Shown here one piece after another: positions 24,403-37,410 of a stretch of DNA of 64,000 nt (positions within the stretch are counted from its first letter, which is position 1; every line of letters begins with the position of its first letter). A program made the position numbers and the translations under genes. Where the stretch lies: NCBI GenBank assembly GCA_020891255.1, contig BQFW01000006.1:930001-994000 (forward strand). Direction: 5' to 3'. A model generated the notes under the pieces. It was not told the DNA's origin. It saw nothing but the letters and a program-made list of their open reading frames with translations, and did no database searches. This DNA is from Entomortierella parvispora E1425 (lineage: Eukaryota > Fungi > Mortierellomycota).

Positions 24403-25409
24403 CTAGTGGGCATCATCACGCTTGGAGATATATTCAACAGCTTGGGCAGCGGACTTGATATCATCGGCATCCTTGTCAGGAATCTCAATAGAGAACTCCT
24501 CCTCAATAGCCATCACAACCTCAACAGTGTCCAATGAGTCCAATCCGAGATCATTGTTGAAGTTGGCAGCGAGAGAAATCTACAAAATTAAACAGGTCGA
24601 GAGAGTAAAGCAATATTAGGCAAAAAGAACAACGACCTTGCACGATTTGATCCCGTGCCATGCACCGCTTTCTGAGGTTTCTTTTATGGTTTCCTTGTCT
24701 TTCCGATATTGTGAGCCAGAAGACAAAAAGGTATTTGCGTGTTCACTCATTCCTCCACACCTGGTCCATACACGGGGGCTCAGTCGCAACACACACTCTT
24801 GTCATGAACGCGACAAATCATTGTTCCCATAGATCTGTTGCCGATCCACGACATTGCCCCTTATTCACGTCTGCACCGTGATCCCATAGTCTTGTTTTAA
24901 AGAATGGGCAGGATACGCGCGCGTAGTGCCGTCAGGACGCGGCCCTCCTAGCTCTTCTCTCCCACCGCTTCACTGTCCACTCCAGGAATTTCAGAAGCTC
25001 AATCTAAAGCAATGTAAGAAGTAGCCATGACAGTTGTTCACCTCGCTCCCAAACTGCACCAGCAGTCCAGCGGTATCAAGGAAACTCTGGGAATGGTCTT
25101 ATTGTTCCTGAGCTGATTTGCGTTCATTCCAGTTTCTTTTGTCTCTGTGTATCGCTTTCATTTACGGCGACAAGTTGCTGAAAGGCTAGGAGGATTTACC
25201 TTGTTGGCATCGACCTTGTTGAATCCAGCCAAGATGTCGAGGACACGCTTCTCAATGTCGGTGCGGGCAAGACCAACGGACGAGTACATGCGGACAAAGT
25301 TGCTTAAGGCCAAGGCGTTGGTCCTTGCTGGCGTGGCAGCCACAGCGGCGTTCTTGTAGAGGGTGGCGGCGCGGAAAGCGGAAGAGGCGGGGCAGAGAGC
25401 TCTGAACAT
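24403..25409 (-). CDS. ACP1: Mitochondrial acyl carrier protein; exons 25409-25200, 24579-24403
   Basis: An Arg/Ala-rich presequence is followed by the phosphopantetheine motif [27 protein letters not shown]. One 620-nt GT-AG intron. Confidence 0.96.
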
Positions 25410-25726
25410 GTTGAGTATGCTGTGTTTGTGGTGTTGGGTTGTTTTTGACTGCAGTGATGACTGAAGGAGAAGGGATGCACCTCGTTCTGCGCAAGCTCTG
25501 GCGGCCAACCTTCGGAAAAAACAACAGTCACTTTTCGTTTTCGCCCCGACTCTTTGCGTGTGAATGGGATCATCACCACGGTAAACACTTTCTTGCAAAG
25601 CCACCGCCACTTTTTTCTTTTTTTTTTTTTCTTTTCTGTGGTCCATCAAGGTTCCTGACTTTCTTCACCCAACTCTTCTACTTCGCCCATCTCAACCCTT
25701 CATACCCACCACCAACACATATAACC

Positions 25727-26507
25727 ATGGTCTCATTCGTCTGCGATACCTGCCAGGAAACCCTCAAGAAGCCCAAATTGGAGCAGCACTTCAACCGCTG
25801 CCCCTATGCTCGCTTCTCCTGCATTGACTGCTCCGTCTCCTTCCAGGGGGTCGAGTACCGTACCCATACCTCCTGCATCAGTGAGGCCGAGAAATACCAA
25901 AAGGCTTTATACCGTGGACCCAAGAAGGTATTGTGCTGGCCCATTATCCTCGTCTTTTCTTTGGGAGTTTGAGGAGGTTCCTCCGAGTTCTGAAAAACTA
26001 CCTTACAGAGTATCTGTACACCCTGATTCTTTCAACTCATTTGACCTTTCTTCTTTTTATTTTTTCTAGGGAGGTCACCAGAACAATGGACAGCAGCAGA
26101 AGAACAACAACCAGAAGAACAGCAACAACCAGGCTGGAGCACAAAAGGATACCAAGGAGGCAGCACCTGCCCCTGCTGCGGCTGCTGTCCCCACCTCGAT
26201 TGTTGACGAGATGAAGGCCAAGAAGCGCAAGGCTGAGGAGCCAGCAGAGTCTACCTCCGAGGTTCCTGCCAAGAAGGAGAAGAAGGAGAAGAAGGACAAG
26301 AAGGACAAGAAGGAATCCAAGGAGAAGAAGGTCGAGGTTGCTGTCGTCGAACCTGTCGAGGAGAAGAAGGAGAAGAAGGAGAAGAAAGAGAAGAAAGAGA
26401 AGAAAGACAAGGAAGAGAAGAAGGAGAAGAAGGACAAGGAAGAGAAGAAGGACAAGAAGGAGAAGAGGGAGAAGAAGGACAAGAAGGAGAAGAAGGAGAA
26501 GAAGTAG
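25727..26507 (+). CDS. LYAR-type C2HC zinc-finger nucleolar protein; exons 25727-25927, 26070-26507
   Basis: MVSFVCDTCQETLKKPKLEQHFNRC...FSCIDCSVSF...YRTHTSCISEAEKYQ is the zf-LYAR signature. The C-terminus is a KKE/KKD tandem-repeat tail. Confidence 0.92.
26274..26504 (+). repeat. Coding 9-bp-period tandem repeat (AAGAAGGAG/AAGAAGGAC) encoding KKE/KKD
   Basis: Directly visible in two blocks within LYAR exon 2. Confidence 0.85.
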
Positions 26508-27122
26508 TTGAAGCATTCACTCGTTTTCTTTCCCCCCTTTTTTTTTGTCCGCAAAATGTACAACAGTTGAATCATTTACCCTCTATTTCGTATGTTTATT
26601 CTTGAAGATCTAAGTGGAGACATTCAAGTGAAGGTATCCAAGTTAAGATACGACCATTTTTCTACTGTACCTGAGGCCGATATTAGCCCATCGTTGCAAA
26701 TGACCGCTAGAAGGCAGTAGCGGACTGGACTTTTACTTGAGAATATGTCAGCTCATGGGTCGATGATGGCAGGCAGACAGTCAGACGGGCCGTTTCCTTC
26801 ATATCACAATCGCAATTGATGGATCAAAAAAAAAAAAGACCATGGCCACGTTCCCTCTCTCGCTCCACAAATTCCAAGGAAGGCCGATCCATCGCACGTG
26901 CTGCAGCCCCTCCCAATTTTCCCACGGCATGCCACTTCTTTCTGCAGATGATCGCTCTCTCTCCACATCCCGCTTCTCTCCTCTCTCCATCTTCATTCAT
27001 CGGCAATCTCATCCTCTTCCCCCTGTCTCCGTCCATCTCTCCACTCTCCCTGCATTCATCCCATTGCCCTCCCTCCTCGCCATCAATCCTTCCCTTGTAA
27101 ATAACAGACACGTACATTAGCC

Positions 27123-28872
27123 ATGTTCTCCAGAATCTCTGCAAGGGCTGTCGCCAGAGCCGTTCCCTCCCAGTCTATCAAGGCTATCCCCGCACTCGCC
27201 ACCTCTGCCAAGGTTAGCAACCAGTCCACGATAATATAACTTCTCAGCTATACTTTCTCCTCTTGTCTATCATCTAACATCACGCCTACATTTTCTCTGT
27301 TTAGTCCTTCTCCACCTCCGCTCTCGCCAAGGATTCTTCCAAGAAGAAGGAGCGAGTCAAGGTCCACTTTCCCGGTGCGCTCGACAGTCATTTCTCTCAG
27401 GTTCTCGAGATCCGCGAGAAGATGGAGCCCATCGATACCTTCCGCATTATGGATACCGACGGCAAAGTCCTCGACCCCTCCCTCGAGCCTCAGGTAAACC
27501 ACGGTCAAGAATTTCTGTTGTTGTTGGATTGGAAAAAATTAATTCTTTTTGGGTTTTACCAGTGTGGGACAGTCGTGGGAAAAATCGCGAAATGGAGAAG
27601 ATCCATTGTGGAGAGTCTTTACTCTCAGATGCTGACAACTCAACGCTCGCTCGTTTGCTATTTATACCTTAGGTCACTGAGGAGTTCGCCACCAAGATCT
27701 ACAAGGATATGTTGACCTTGAACGTGATGGATCTTATCTTGTACGAGGCTCAGCGCCAAGGTCGTATCAGTTTCTACATGACCAACGCCGGAGAGGAGGC
27801 TTACATCGGATCTGCTGCTGCTCTTGAGCTCGAGGATGAGATCTTTGGACAGGTAAAGAAGCCCCGGCCTTTTTCTTGAACATGTTACTGCAAACGGATA
27901 ATGAGCCGTTGATTCCTTCCTTTTTTTTATTTTTCTGATTTGTACTGGCGACCTAACACCATTTTCTTATCCTCACTGTTTCGATTCGACTCATCATAGT
28001 ACCGTGAGGCTGGAACTCTGTTGTACCGTGGATTCACTCTCGACCAGTTCATGAACCAGTGCTACTCGAACGACATGGATTTGGGAAAGGGTCGTCAGAT
28101 GCCCGTCCATTACGGCTCCAAGGCTCACCATTTCCAGACCATCTCCTCGCCCTTGGCCACTCAGTTGCCTCAGGCTGCCGGCGCTGCCTATGCCATTAAG
28201 CGCTCTGGACGCAAGAACTGTGTTATGTGCTACTTCGGAGAGGGAGCTGCCTCTGAGGGAGACTTCCACGCTGCTTTGAACATTGCCGCCACCACCTCCT
28301 GCCCTGTCATTTACTTCTGCCGCAACAACGGATTCGCTATCTCGACCCCTGCCAACGAGCAGTACAAGGGTGATGGTATCGCTTCCCGCGGTGTTGGTTA
28401 TGGTATGCATACCATCCGTGTGGACGGTAACGATGTCTGGGCCGTTTACAAGGCTACTCAGGAGGCTCGCAAGATCGCAGTGGAGCAGCACAAGCCCGTT
28501 TTGATTGAGGCCATGACCTACCGTGTTGGCCATCACTCGACCTCGGATGATTCTTCGGCCTACCGGTCCAAGAAGGAGGTTGAGGACTGGAAGCGTTATG
28601 ATAACCCCATGGTCCGTATGCGCAAGTGGTTGGAGTCCAAGGGCTGGTGGGATGAGGCCAAGGAGAACGCTCACAAGTCCACTCAGCGTACTGCCGTTTT
28701 GAAGTCCTTTGCTGCCGCCGAGAAGCGCAAGAAGCCCGCTGTGTCCGAGATGTTCAACGATGTCTATGACAAGTTGACGCCCAATCTTTTGGAGCAAAAG
28801 AAGGAGCTTGAGGAGATGATCCGCAAGTACCCTGAGCATTACGATACCTCGAACTACATCAAGGAGAAGTAG
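27123..28872 (+). CDS. BCKDHA: Branched-chain 2-oxoacid dehydrogenase E1 alpha subunit, multi-exon
   Basis: Segments [44 protein letters not shown], the TPP motif [19 protein letters not shown], and [17 protein letters not shown] mitochondrial presequence is present. Confidence 0.96.
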
Positions 28873-29081
28873 ATTGTTTCTGACGTTTACAACAAAAAAA
28901 TATAGATTTGGAGGAGAAACAATAGGAAGTTTTGAAATACATTGCATTCACCATCATATACACATGTTTAGTATACCTCTTGCAGAGAGGACGACATACA
29001 CAGTGGTTTGCAAGGCCTGTTGAGATCGGTTGTCCATATCAAAGGACGACGGTGTAATACAATATTATTTCAGGGAATTCA

Positions 29082-30754
29082 TTAACGCAACCTGCTAATC
29101 TCGGCCTCTTCTCTAAACCGCTCTTCCACATAATCTACTACTTCCTGACCATACACCTCAGCGAGATCTGCATCCAGAGGAAGCTTGACGTGCTTGTCCA
29201 TCTCTGATTTTGTCAGCACGACCACGTTCTGCAGACTCAGTGGTTCAGCCCTCTTCCATCGGCACAATCCAATCTTGTCCATGCTCTTGGACACGACACT
29301 CTTTCCTCTGAAAATCTCCTCGATCACGTAGCCCACATCCCGACGGTCCAGTGCAATAGTCTCGACTTTGGGCACATTGGTGTCCAGTCTTTGCTCTCTG
29401 ACTCTCAGCTCGCGGTGCACACGCAGGTACAGGGCCTCACGCAACTTGATCGGTACAGGTTCCATGGGCCAATCCGCAATCTTGCAGGTGATGAATGTCG
29501 CCATGGCCATACCAAACATGGCTGGAAGGGGTCCCAGCACGGGCAAGATACGCGAGCGGAAGTCCGGAAGAGCCGAGTATTCATCGGCTTCCTGAGCCTG
29601 TGTCTCGTCCAAAGGCAGAAGCTTGACATGATGGGGCTTTTCTGTCGAATAGACGACTTCAATTCCAGTATCCACGCCCATCTTTTTAATCTTGCGGCGA
29701 ACAGCTCTTGCCAATGGATCCTCTACAAAATTCAGGAGTAGTATATCGAGTTAGTATTGTAACAAACGGAGTGGAGGGTAAAAACTTGCTGAACAACTCC
29801 ACTTACCAAATGTCTCTGAAATGTCACTAATTTGGACACGAGATGGATCCGCCTTGGCTCCTGCGCCCATGGAACTAATGACGGGAATCTTGTGGTCATA
29901 GCAGAACTTGAGGAGCGCCAACTTTGTGTTGATATTATCGATTGCGTCAATCACGTAATCTGGGTTGCCAGAAAGCAACTCCTCTGCAGCATCCTCCTGA
30001 AATAATTCGACCCTTGCATCGACTTCCACCCAGGGAGCAATAGACCGGAATGCCTTCTTCATCGCTGTGACCTTGGGCGTGCCCACATCGGCCTGGACAG
30101 CTGTGGCGTGGCGGTTCAAGGACGAGAGCGAGACCTGGTCGAAATCGATCAAACGGATTTTGCCCACTCCACTCCTGACCAACATGCTTGCTGCCCAACT
30201 TCCGACGCCGCCTATTTTGAAAAGACGGATACAGAGAATGTCGTGATTTGATATTAGTTCACTTGTCTGTACCAAAATTATGAGACCTCTTCGTGAAGCC
30301 CCTTATTTGTGCCTCTGTTTTCATTACCTGCGCCAACAATGATTACGAATGAGTTTCTGAGCTTCTCGACGCCTTCCTCGCCCAAAAATGCAATGTTTCT
30401 GGCTAATTGCTCCTTGACCAACTCCTCGTCCATCTCCAATGCTCCTCCTGGTTGAATGGCTCCCCTCGCATCGATCACTGTTGCGGGAGATGCTCCTGTT
30501 CCTGGAAGTACAATTGGAGAAGTGTACTCGCCCGTTGCAAAAGACTCGGATCCCTGGTCATAGGTTGGAGGAGGAGGGATGGACTTGCGAAGGTCGTCCT
30601 TCAGCTGTCTCACTCTTCGCTTCTTTTGTGATCCTTGAACACCCAGAATGAGAGCTGCAGTGGTGAATGAGGCTGCAGCGGCGACCAAGGTCAGCTTTGT
30701 AGCCTGCGAGTTGAAGGCAGGCGAGCCTGAGAGTCGCTCGAGCAGGGAGGACAT
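29082..30754 (-). CDS. TCD: tRNA threonylcarbamoyladenosine dehydratase (TCD1/TCD2, ThiF/E1-like); three exons
   Basis: An N-terminal hydrophobic anchor is followed by EQLARNIAFLGEEG, VIIVGAGGVGSW, IRLIDFDQVSLSSLNRH, DAIDNINTK, SMGAGAKADP, EDPLARAVR and ILPVLGPLPAMFG. Confidence 0.93.
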
Positions 30755-31141
30755 TTCGTTTTTGCTGTTGTTGGTTTCAAAAGGGTTGGTTGACTCGGGC
30801 TGTTGTCTGTATTGCGACTTGTTGGCGGATGCAATTCTTTAGTACTGGGTATCACCGAAGGGCGGTCGTGGCTGAAGTTGGGTCCTGAATGAGAGAAGAG
30901 TGGTCCATGCAACGCCTGTTTGTCCGGGGTGAATGAATGCAATGAGAGAGTGCAAACAAACACGACACGAGGGAGACGGACGACGAGAGAGAGGGAAAGG
31001 ATGATTCGCAGTCACACTTTCCCTCCTCCGATGAACTCGTAAACAACAGTGAATGGTGGCAACATGTCGATGCCCAGTTGCTTTGCTCCGCTTCTTGTTT
31101 GCATTCACATTCACTCCTCTCCTCGCATCATCATTCACATC

Positions 31142-32372
31142 ATGTCCCTCCAGCGGCTGTCATCCAGGCTTGCAGGCCTGAGCTTATACCCTGCTCGCTC
31201 CCCTCTTGCCACATCCTCCGTTCTTGCCCGCTACTCTACTTCCGTCACCCCTGTCTCCACCACCCCCAAAGTTGATCTCTCCAACTTGAGCGACAACCCC
31301 GGTTCGAAATCACAGGTACATTCTGGGCATTTTCAATGGACAGGAGCGACGATTAGAAAAGGCAGCATCCAACTGCCCTCATTCCTCGACCTCAATATGC
31401 AACATTGAATCCGATTGGGCTCATTTGGACGGAATTCAATGCCCTGGGTTCCTGAGAATCAATTCAAACAGCACGGAGATTAATCGTGCCTCCGGACATT
31501 GGTTTTTCTTGTCTCCAAATAGCGTCTCCGTGTCGGTCGTGGTCAGGGTTCAGGAAAGGGTCATACCGCTGCTCGTGGTCACAAGGGTCAGAAGGCCCGT
31601 TCCGGAAACGGCGGTCAGCCCAAGCCTGGTTTCGAGGGTGGTCAGACTCGTATCATTGACAGACTCCCCAAGCGTGGATTCAAGAACCCGTACGTCCCTG
31701 CGACACCTCCAACAGGAGTTTTCTTTTTTTTCTATATAGTGGGCACTCTTGACGTCTTGGATACTAACTTGAGGCAATTGGTCTGGATTTTAATTCTATA
31801 GCGAGCACAAGGATTACCAGCCCTTGAACTTGGATCGTCTTCAATTCTGGATCGAATCTGGACGCATTGACGCAACACAGACCATCACCATGAAGCATCT
31901 TTTGGACTCACGGTGCATTCACAACATTGAGGATGGTGTCAAGCTTTTGGGAGACGTAAGTAGATTATGGGCTACAAATACCCTCTCGCGGAATCACCAA
32001 ACTCGTTGTAATATGTGGATCGTACGCTGAGAATCTAACTGGAGGACTTCTTTTGTTGTATATTCTCTCTTATTGTTGCACAATGGATTTTCGGGAATCT
32101 TACAGGGCAAGGCCGATTTCAAGACCCCTATCAACATTGAGGTCTCAAGGGCCTCCAAGTCAGCGATCAAGGCCGTTGAGGCCTGCGGCGGCAAGATCAC
32201 GAGTGTCTACTATAACAAGTTGGGTCTCCGTGCCTTGACCAAGCCTCACAAGTTCGAGGAGTTGCCTCGCTTTGCTCGTCCCATGAAGAAGAAGGACATT
32301 GCCTTCTACTCTGATGAGGCAAATCGTGGATACCTGGCTGGAAAGACCGAAGTCGTTGGCATGGATCATTAA
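31142..32372 (+). CDS. MRPL10: Mitochondrial ribosomal protein uL15m (MRPL10); four exons
   Basis: Segments [60 protein letters not shown] and GVKLLG, plus [19 protein letters not shown]. Confidence 0.94.
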
Positions 32373-32637
32373 GCGGCTTGAACACCATATCGACCTCAGG
32401 AAATGTACCAACACAGCAAAAGTCAAGTCGATATTAAAAAAAAGCATGGGAATGTCATGGACAGAAAGGCGTCATATGTTAAACATTACAATAGATATTA
32501 AAAATACGCATCAACAACAAACCTTTGAACGCCAGGAGTCTTTTCATTGCCATTACAACCTCGGGCATTGCCATAAAGGTAGTCGAACTAAAAAATGGAA
32601 AATAATTTGTTTATTTTTTTTCCCTCTAATGATACAT

Positions 32638-34774
32638 CTAAGCGACTACACGGTACTGAAGACCGTTTGCTTCTGGCTCAAGAAGCTGGCTGCACATGGC
32701 TGTCTCAATAGCTTTGGCTTGGGACTCGGCCTCTTCTTGGGTAGAGGCAGAGACCTCGAGATAATACTTGATCTTGGGCTCGGTGCCGCTGGTGCGGAGA
32801 GTAAACACGCATCCGTTCTCAAGGTAGAAGGTGATCATCTGAGCAGAAGGAGACACAGGAAGGGTAGGGACGCCATCCTTCTTAGAGGTGTCGAATCCAA
32901 GGGTCAGATCACGAACATTTGAGACCTTGTCGGATCCAATATGGGTTGGGTACATAGGCTTGAAAGAGAAACGTCCAGTCTCATCTGCTTGTGGCGAGGC
33001 ACCAAAGCGCATCTTGTTGAAAATGCGGTCGATCGTCTCTTGCTCGTGGCAGATGAAGTAAGAGTTGGCCGATGCAAAGTATCCGTACTTCTTGTAAAGG
33101 CTATCAAGATACTCAGAGATCAAGGTGCCGTTCTTGTAGAGTCGAGCGGCGAGCTGAGCAAAGCAACCAAGAGCGCTGACGCCGTCCTTATCACGGACAA
33201 TGTCTCCCAACATGAATCCAATAGCCTCCTCATATCCAAAAATGACATCATAGCCCTCCTTTTCCAGATCAATGGCACGGTTTCCAATCCACTTGAATCC
33301 AGTCAGGGTGTCCTCCCAGTGAATGCCCTCAGTCTTGGCTACCTTGGCAAGCATGTTGGAAGAAACGGTCGAGCACAACACGGCGACCTTGGCTATTGAA
33401 AAATTAACACAGATCATGGGTTCAGTATCTCATACCAAGAATATGGCACTTCAACTTCAGGGGGGGGGGGGTATTCTTGTAGCATTGGGTACAACTTACC
33501 ATCGCTCTTTCCAGAGGACCGCCAGTTATCCAGAGCATTGCAGGCAAACATGGTTCCAATCTGGTTTCCGGTGAACAAAATCCACTCGCCCGACTTTTGC
33601 TTCTCTGCCACTGTGAATCGATCCGCATCAGGGTCGTTAGCAAAGACAACAGAGGCTCCAGCCTCATCGGCGGCCTTGAAGGCAAGAGCCAATGCACCCT
33701 TTCCTTCCTCGGGGTTAGGGAAGGCCACAGTGGGGAATTCTGGGTCTGGCTGAATCTGCTCCTTAGTGGGGATCAAGGGCTTGAATCCGAAACGCTCAAA
33801 GACTTGAGTGGCGAAAGGATATCCGACGCCATGCATGGCAGTGTAGACAAACTTTGTATCAGAGGCAGCATTATCGGCCTTTGCGATGCAAAGCGAGTCG
33901 ACTTCATCAAAATAGGCAGGAACCAACTTCTCGGTAGGGTCGATCAATGCAGGGTTCTCGAAAGACTTGTAATCCCAGACCCAAGGCTCGAGGTTATCCA
34001 GGATCATCTGAGCGATACCGGCATCGTGTGGTGGGATGATCTGGCAAGCGTTCTCCCAGTAGACCTTGTAGCCGTTATCCTTTTTGGGGTTGTGAGAAGC
34101 AGTGATCATGATACCACAGGCAGCGTTCAGAGACTTGACGCCAAAAGGCACCATGGGAGTGTGAACAAGGTCCTTGTAAGCATAGACCTTGACGCCCTTG
34201 GAGAGAAAGACGCCAGCGGTGAGGCGAGCAAAGTCGTTGGAGTGATGACGGTGATCGTGGCCAATGACGACGCCACGCTCCTTTGCGTTGGGCACATTGT
34301 CCAATACGTAGAGACACAATCCCTGAGATGCCTGGATGACGGTGAGGTCGTTCATCCGCGAGAATCCTGCTTCCATGGCGGCACGCAAACCTAGACACGA
34401 AGAGGCGAAATATACAGTTCAGGGAAAGGTGTCTTGTTTTTGCGAAGGACCGAGCACACATTTGTTGCCTGGCTATTGTCTACATACCAGCAGTGCCAAA
34501 CTCGATACGGTGGCGGAGTCGTGCCTCCAGCTCTGCCGTGTTGTTGGCCTCGAGCAAGGTCGAGATCTCCTTGCGGGTTTCTGGGTTCTATGAGTACATT
34601 AAGGAACATTGTTTCTTTTAGTAATGTGTATGCATTCAAACAATTCCACCAGCAGCGCACTGTCTTGCATTCTGATCCCGACAAGAAAGGGATCAGTCAT
34701 GAAGGAGAGCGTACCTGGTCCAGTCGCAGCCACTCGTTAGCAAGGTCGGCAATGGGAGTTTTGTGTGCGATCAT
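32638..34774 (-). CDS. PGM3: Phosphoglucomutase-2 / phosphopentomutase (PGM3/PRM15-like alpha-D-phosphohexomutase)
   Basis: Motifs RIEFGTAGLRA, GIMITASHNPKKDNGYKVYW (catalytic Ser), DPDADR (metal binding), GFKW, FGYEEAIG and RTSGTEPKIKYY. Exon 1 (MIAHKTPIADLANEWLRLDQ) is at 34774-34715. Confidence 0.93.
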
Positions 34775-35057
34775 GCTAAGCAGGTGTATGGTAGTAAACG
34801 AATGAATGAATGAAAGAGAGAGGGAGAAGAAGGAAGAACAAGGACTGGCTCCCAACCCAGGGAAATAGACCGCCTTCGCCCTGCAAAGACTCCCACGGCC
34901 AATAGGCCGTTGTTGTGTGACCGTGTGGAGACGGGAGACCCACTTTTTTTATTTCTCTTTTTTTATTGCTTGGAGAGTACTTGCACAGTGACATGTACAT
35001 GGGGCGGATACCTCGTCCCTTGCCCACATACTGTACAATAGTCTGCAGAGAGCCCTA

Positions 35058-35915
35058 TCAGTTGCCCCATTCGTGCTCTTGACGCGTCCGTGTCTGCTTT
35101 CGACTCCACTCGTGCAGCGCCCTGTCTGCTTCGTCGCAAAGGTCTCGAAACACATTCCTGTAGATCTCTGATGCTTTTCGATCCCCTTGCAAATGTTGCT
35201 CCAAGTCTGCAATGCGTGCTTTCAAGACCTGGTTCTCCTCAGTGATCTGTTGAACCATAGCATACAAACTCATTGCCTCAAAGCCAAGGGGATCTACCCA
35301 AGGAATTGTCCCAGTCCCATCTGCCAGGCAAGGGGACACGGGGAAAGCGCTGATGGATCCAGATCCTGGACATCGCGTTCTCCCAATCCCACCTCCAAAA
35401 TCTGGCCACTGGTTTCGACTGAATGAACTGGCATGTCCCCAAGCTTGGTCAGCACCGCTACCTCCACCACCACTGTTGTTACCCTCTGCGCCTTCGTGTC
35501 GGTTCCTCTGACGAGTATTTGGTTGACGATGATGTGTCTCATGGCCATTGGCCCGCGCATGGTTGATCATCACAAAGCCGTTTCCTCGACCTTCACGCGT
35601 GGGCTTTGTTCTTTCACGGCGGCGGTCGTAGTTGTTGGGAGTACCGTGGTGGTGGGTATTCTCAAAGCTGCTCATGTCGCGGTGGCCAATGTGGTCGCTG
35701 TTCGTGGTAGTGTGGCTGTCGCTGTTGTTGTTATTGTCGCTGCTCTCTTTGTCATAATCGGGGCCTTCTGTGGCAGATGGGATGAGCAGACTGTCCAACA
35801 AGGATCCTTGTTCGGGGCCGTTGTCTCCTGTTTTGTCTCCTGTTGGAAAATCATCCTCCAACATGCTGGTTAATGAGGGAGAGAGCTCGAGGTTAATTAC
35901 AGCATGCTCTGTCAT
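35058..35915 (-). CDS. Hypothetical 285-aa protein, disordered N-terminus with C-terminal coiled coil
   Basis: Uninterrupted ORF with protein-like composition. A heptad segment (LYAMVQQITEENQVLKARIADLEQHL) is present. No family recognised. Confidence 0.65.
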   Translation of the reverse strand: MTEHAVINLELSPSLTSMLEDDFPTGDKTGDNGPEQGSLLDSLLIPSATEGPDYDKESSDNNNNSDSHTTTNSDHIGHRDMSSFENTHHHGTPNNYDRRRERTKPTREGRGNGFVMINHARANGHETHHRQPNTRQRNRHEGAEGNNSGGGGSGADQAWGHASSFSRNQWPDFGGGIGRTRCPGSGSISAFPVSPCLADGTGTIPWVDPLGFEAMSLYAMVQQITEENQVLKARIADLEQHLQGDRKASEIYRNVFRDLCDEADRALHEWSRKQTRTRQEHEWGN

Positions 35916-36022
35916 GAAGGATGAATAAAGGAAGAGGCGATATTTCGTTTTAGATTTTAATATATTGGGAGTTTATCAATGCGATATCAATCTATCTGCT
36001 TTTTGTCGTCGCTGGTCAGTGA

Positions 36023-37410
36023 TCATTCCTTTTGAACAGGCACTGGATGCGTGCTTGGGAGGTCATGCGGAGGTGTAATTCCGGAAGGGTGAAAGGAGAC
36101 TGGGCACTTGCCCAGGAACTTTGTTGGTCCAAGATCCTCGATGCGATAGCCATCCTTGTACACGGGCGCGTACTTGTTGAATGTTGGCACGTAACGCCCA
36201 AACTCATTCACATCCAAAGGTGACCGGACTCTAGTGGTTCTGCGAGGCAACATCAAGTACTTGATAATCAGTCGTCGGATCTGAAGGAATGCGTGAACAG
36301 TGTAGTAAACACTCTTGGGTGGCTCATTGTATCCAAACGCCCTACGGAGACTTGGTGTGAGAAGCGAAGCAACGACTAGGCGACCAAACGGATGCAAAAA
36401 GGCCGGTGCTCGCGAGAGCAGATGTCCAACGGTTTGATCTGCGATGGTGACATTTGATTTCGCAAAGACAGAGTTTTTCCTTTCGTACTCCTACAACCGA
36501 GTATGACATGACGGACAGAGGTTGGTTAGAAGGCAAAAAGAGAAAAAAAAAAGACGACTAGAGACAATAACCTGCTCGTGCTTCAAACGATGCTCCCTCC
36601 GCCTTACCTCGGCCCAAATCTTGACCCCTTCATACGAATCTGGAATGTTTTCAATATTCATGTCTTCTCCAATGCGGCGCCAGGCGGCGAAATAAGCCTA
36701 CAGGGATGTTCAAAGAACAATTGTAAAAATCCAGTTAGACCTCTTTTTTTTTGGCAAGGCTTTTTGCCCATGGCAATGACCATCCCTATTTCTTCCATCC
36801 CGTGGTCAAGATATCTTACGTTGCATTCCAGTTCTGTCAAGGGCCGCCACTCGTATTGGTCAATGAACGAGTGAGGCTCTTTGATAAAGAGAGCGAGCGT
36901 GTACAAGAAGTCCTCTTGCTTGATGGGATAGTGAGAGTGAATAAAGTTCAGTCGTTCTGTTGCAACAAAGGCTCGGTATTCATCCTTGGCTCGAGCTTCG
37001 GGGCTGTCTACGCCTGTGGTTGCGATCCTCTTCTGGCTCCTTGCATATCCCTGAGTTATCTCCATGAGAATAAGCCCGGTATCCTCTGCACGTTTGCCAA
37101 CTTCCTTCGAGAACTGTTGTGTCGCAGCCAAGATCTTGGAGATGGTAGGGACGGCGTAAGTCTTGAACAGAGCAAACTCGAGCGCCACTTCGGCCATGTA
37201 AGGGAAATCCCAATTGACTGCCGTGGCGAGGACCTCTTTAGCGATAGCGTGGTCTCGCAAAGGGATGGTTGGGTCCGGGTATTTTGCTTGCATTTTTCGG
37301 ATACGACGGTATCGCATATGGCGGACAAGGAGCATGTAGGCCGCGAGGGCTACTCCACCGTAGGCGAGGCGAGGGTGCCTATGAGACATCCGCTGAATGT
37401 CTGATCCCAT
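36023..37410 (-). CDS. ER-bound oxygenase MpaB/DUF2236 (rubber-oxygenase-like) family protein; three exons
   Basis: An N-terminal TM segment (LAYGGVALAAYMLLVRHMRYRR) is followed by LEFALFKTYAVPTISKIL, KRAEDT, LNFIHSHY, DFLYTLALF, WRPLTELE and WRRIGEDMNIENIP. Confidence 0.85.

Noticed and set aside
24580-25199. Unusually long 620-nt ACP1 intron as a possible snoRNA or mobile-element host
   Set aside because: No C/D or H/ACA box pair, ORF or terminal repeats found by eye.
10072-37410. Possible lipid-metabolism gene cluster (Delta-6 desaturase, ACP, BCKDH, MpaB-like)
   Set aside because: The genes are interspersed with unrelated housekeeping genes and act in different compartments, so there is no evidence of clustering.
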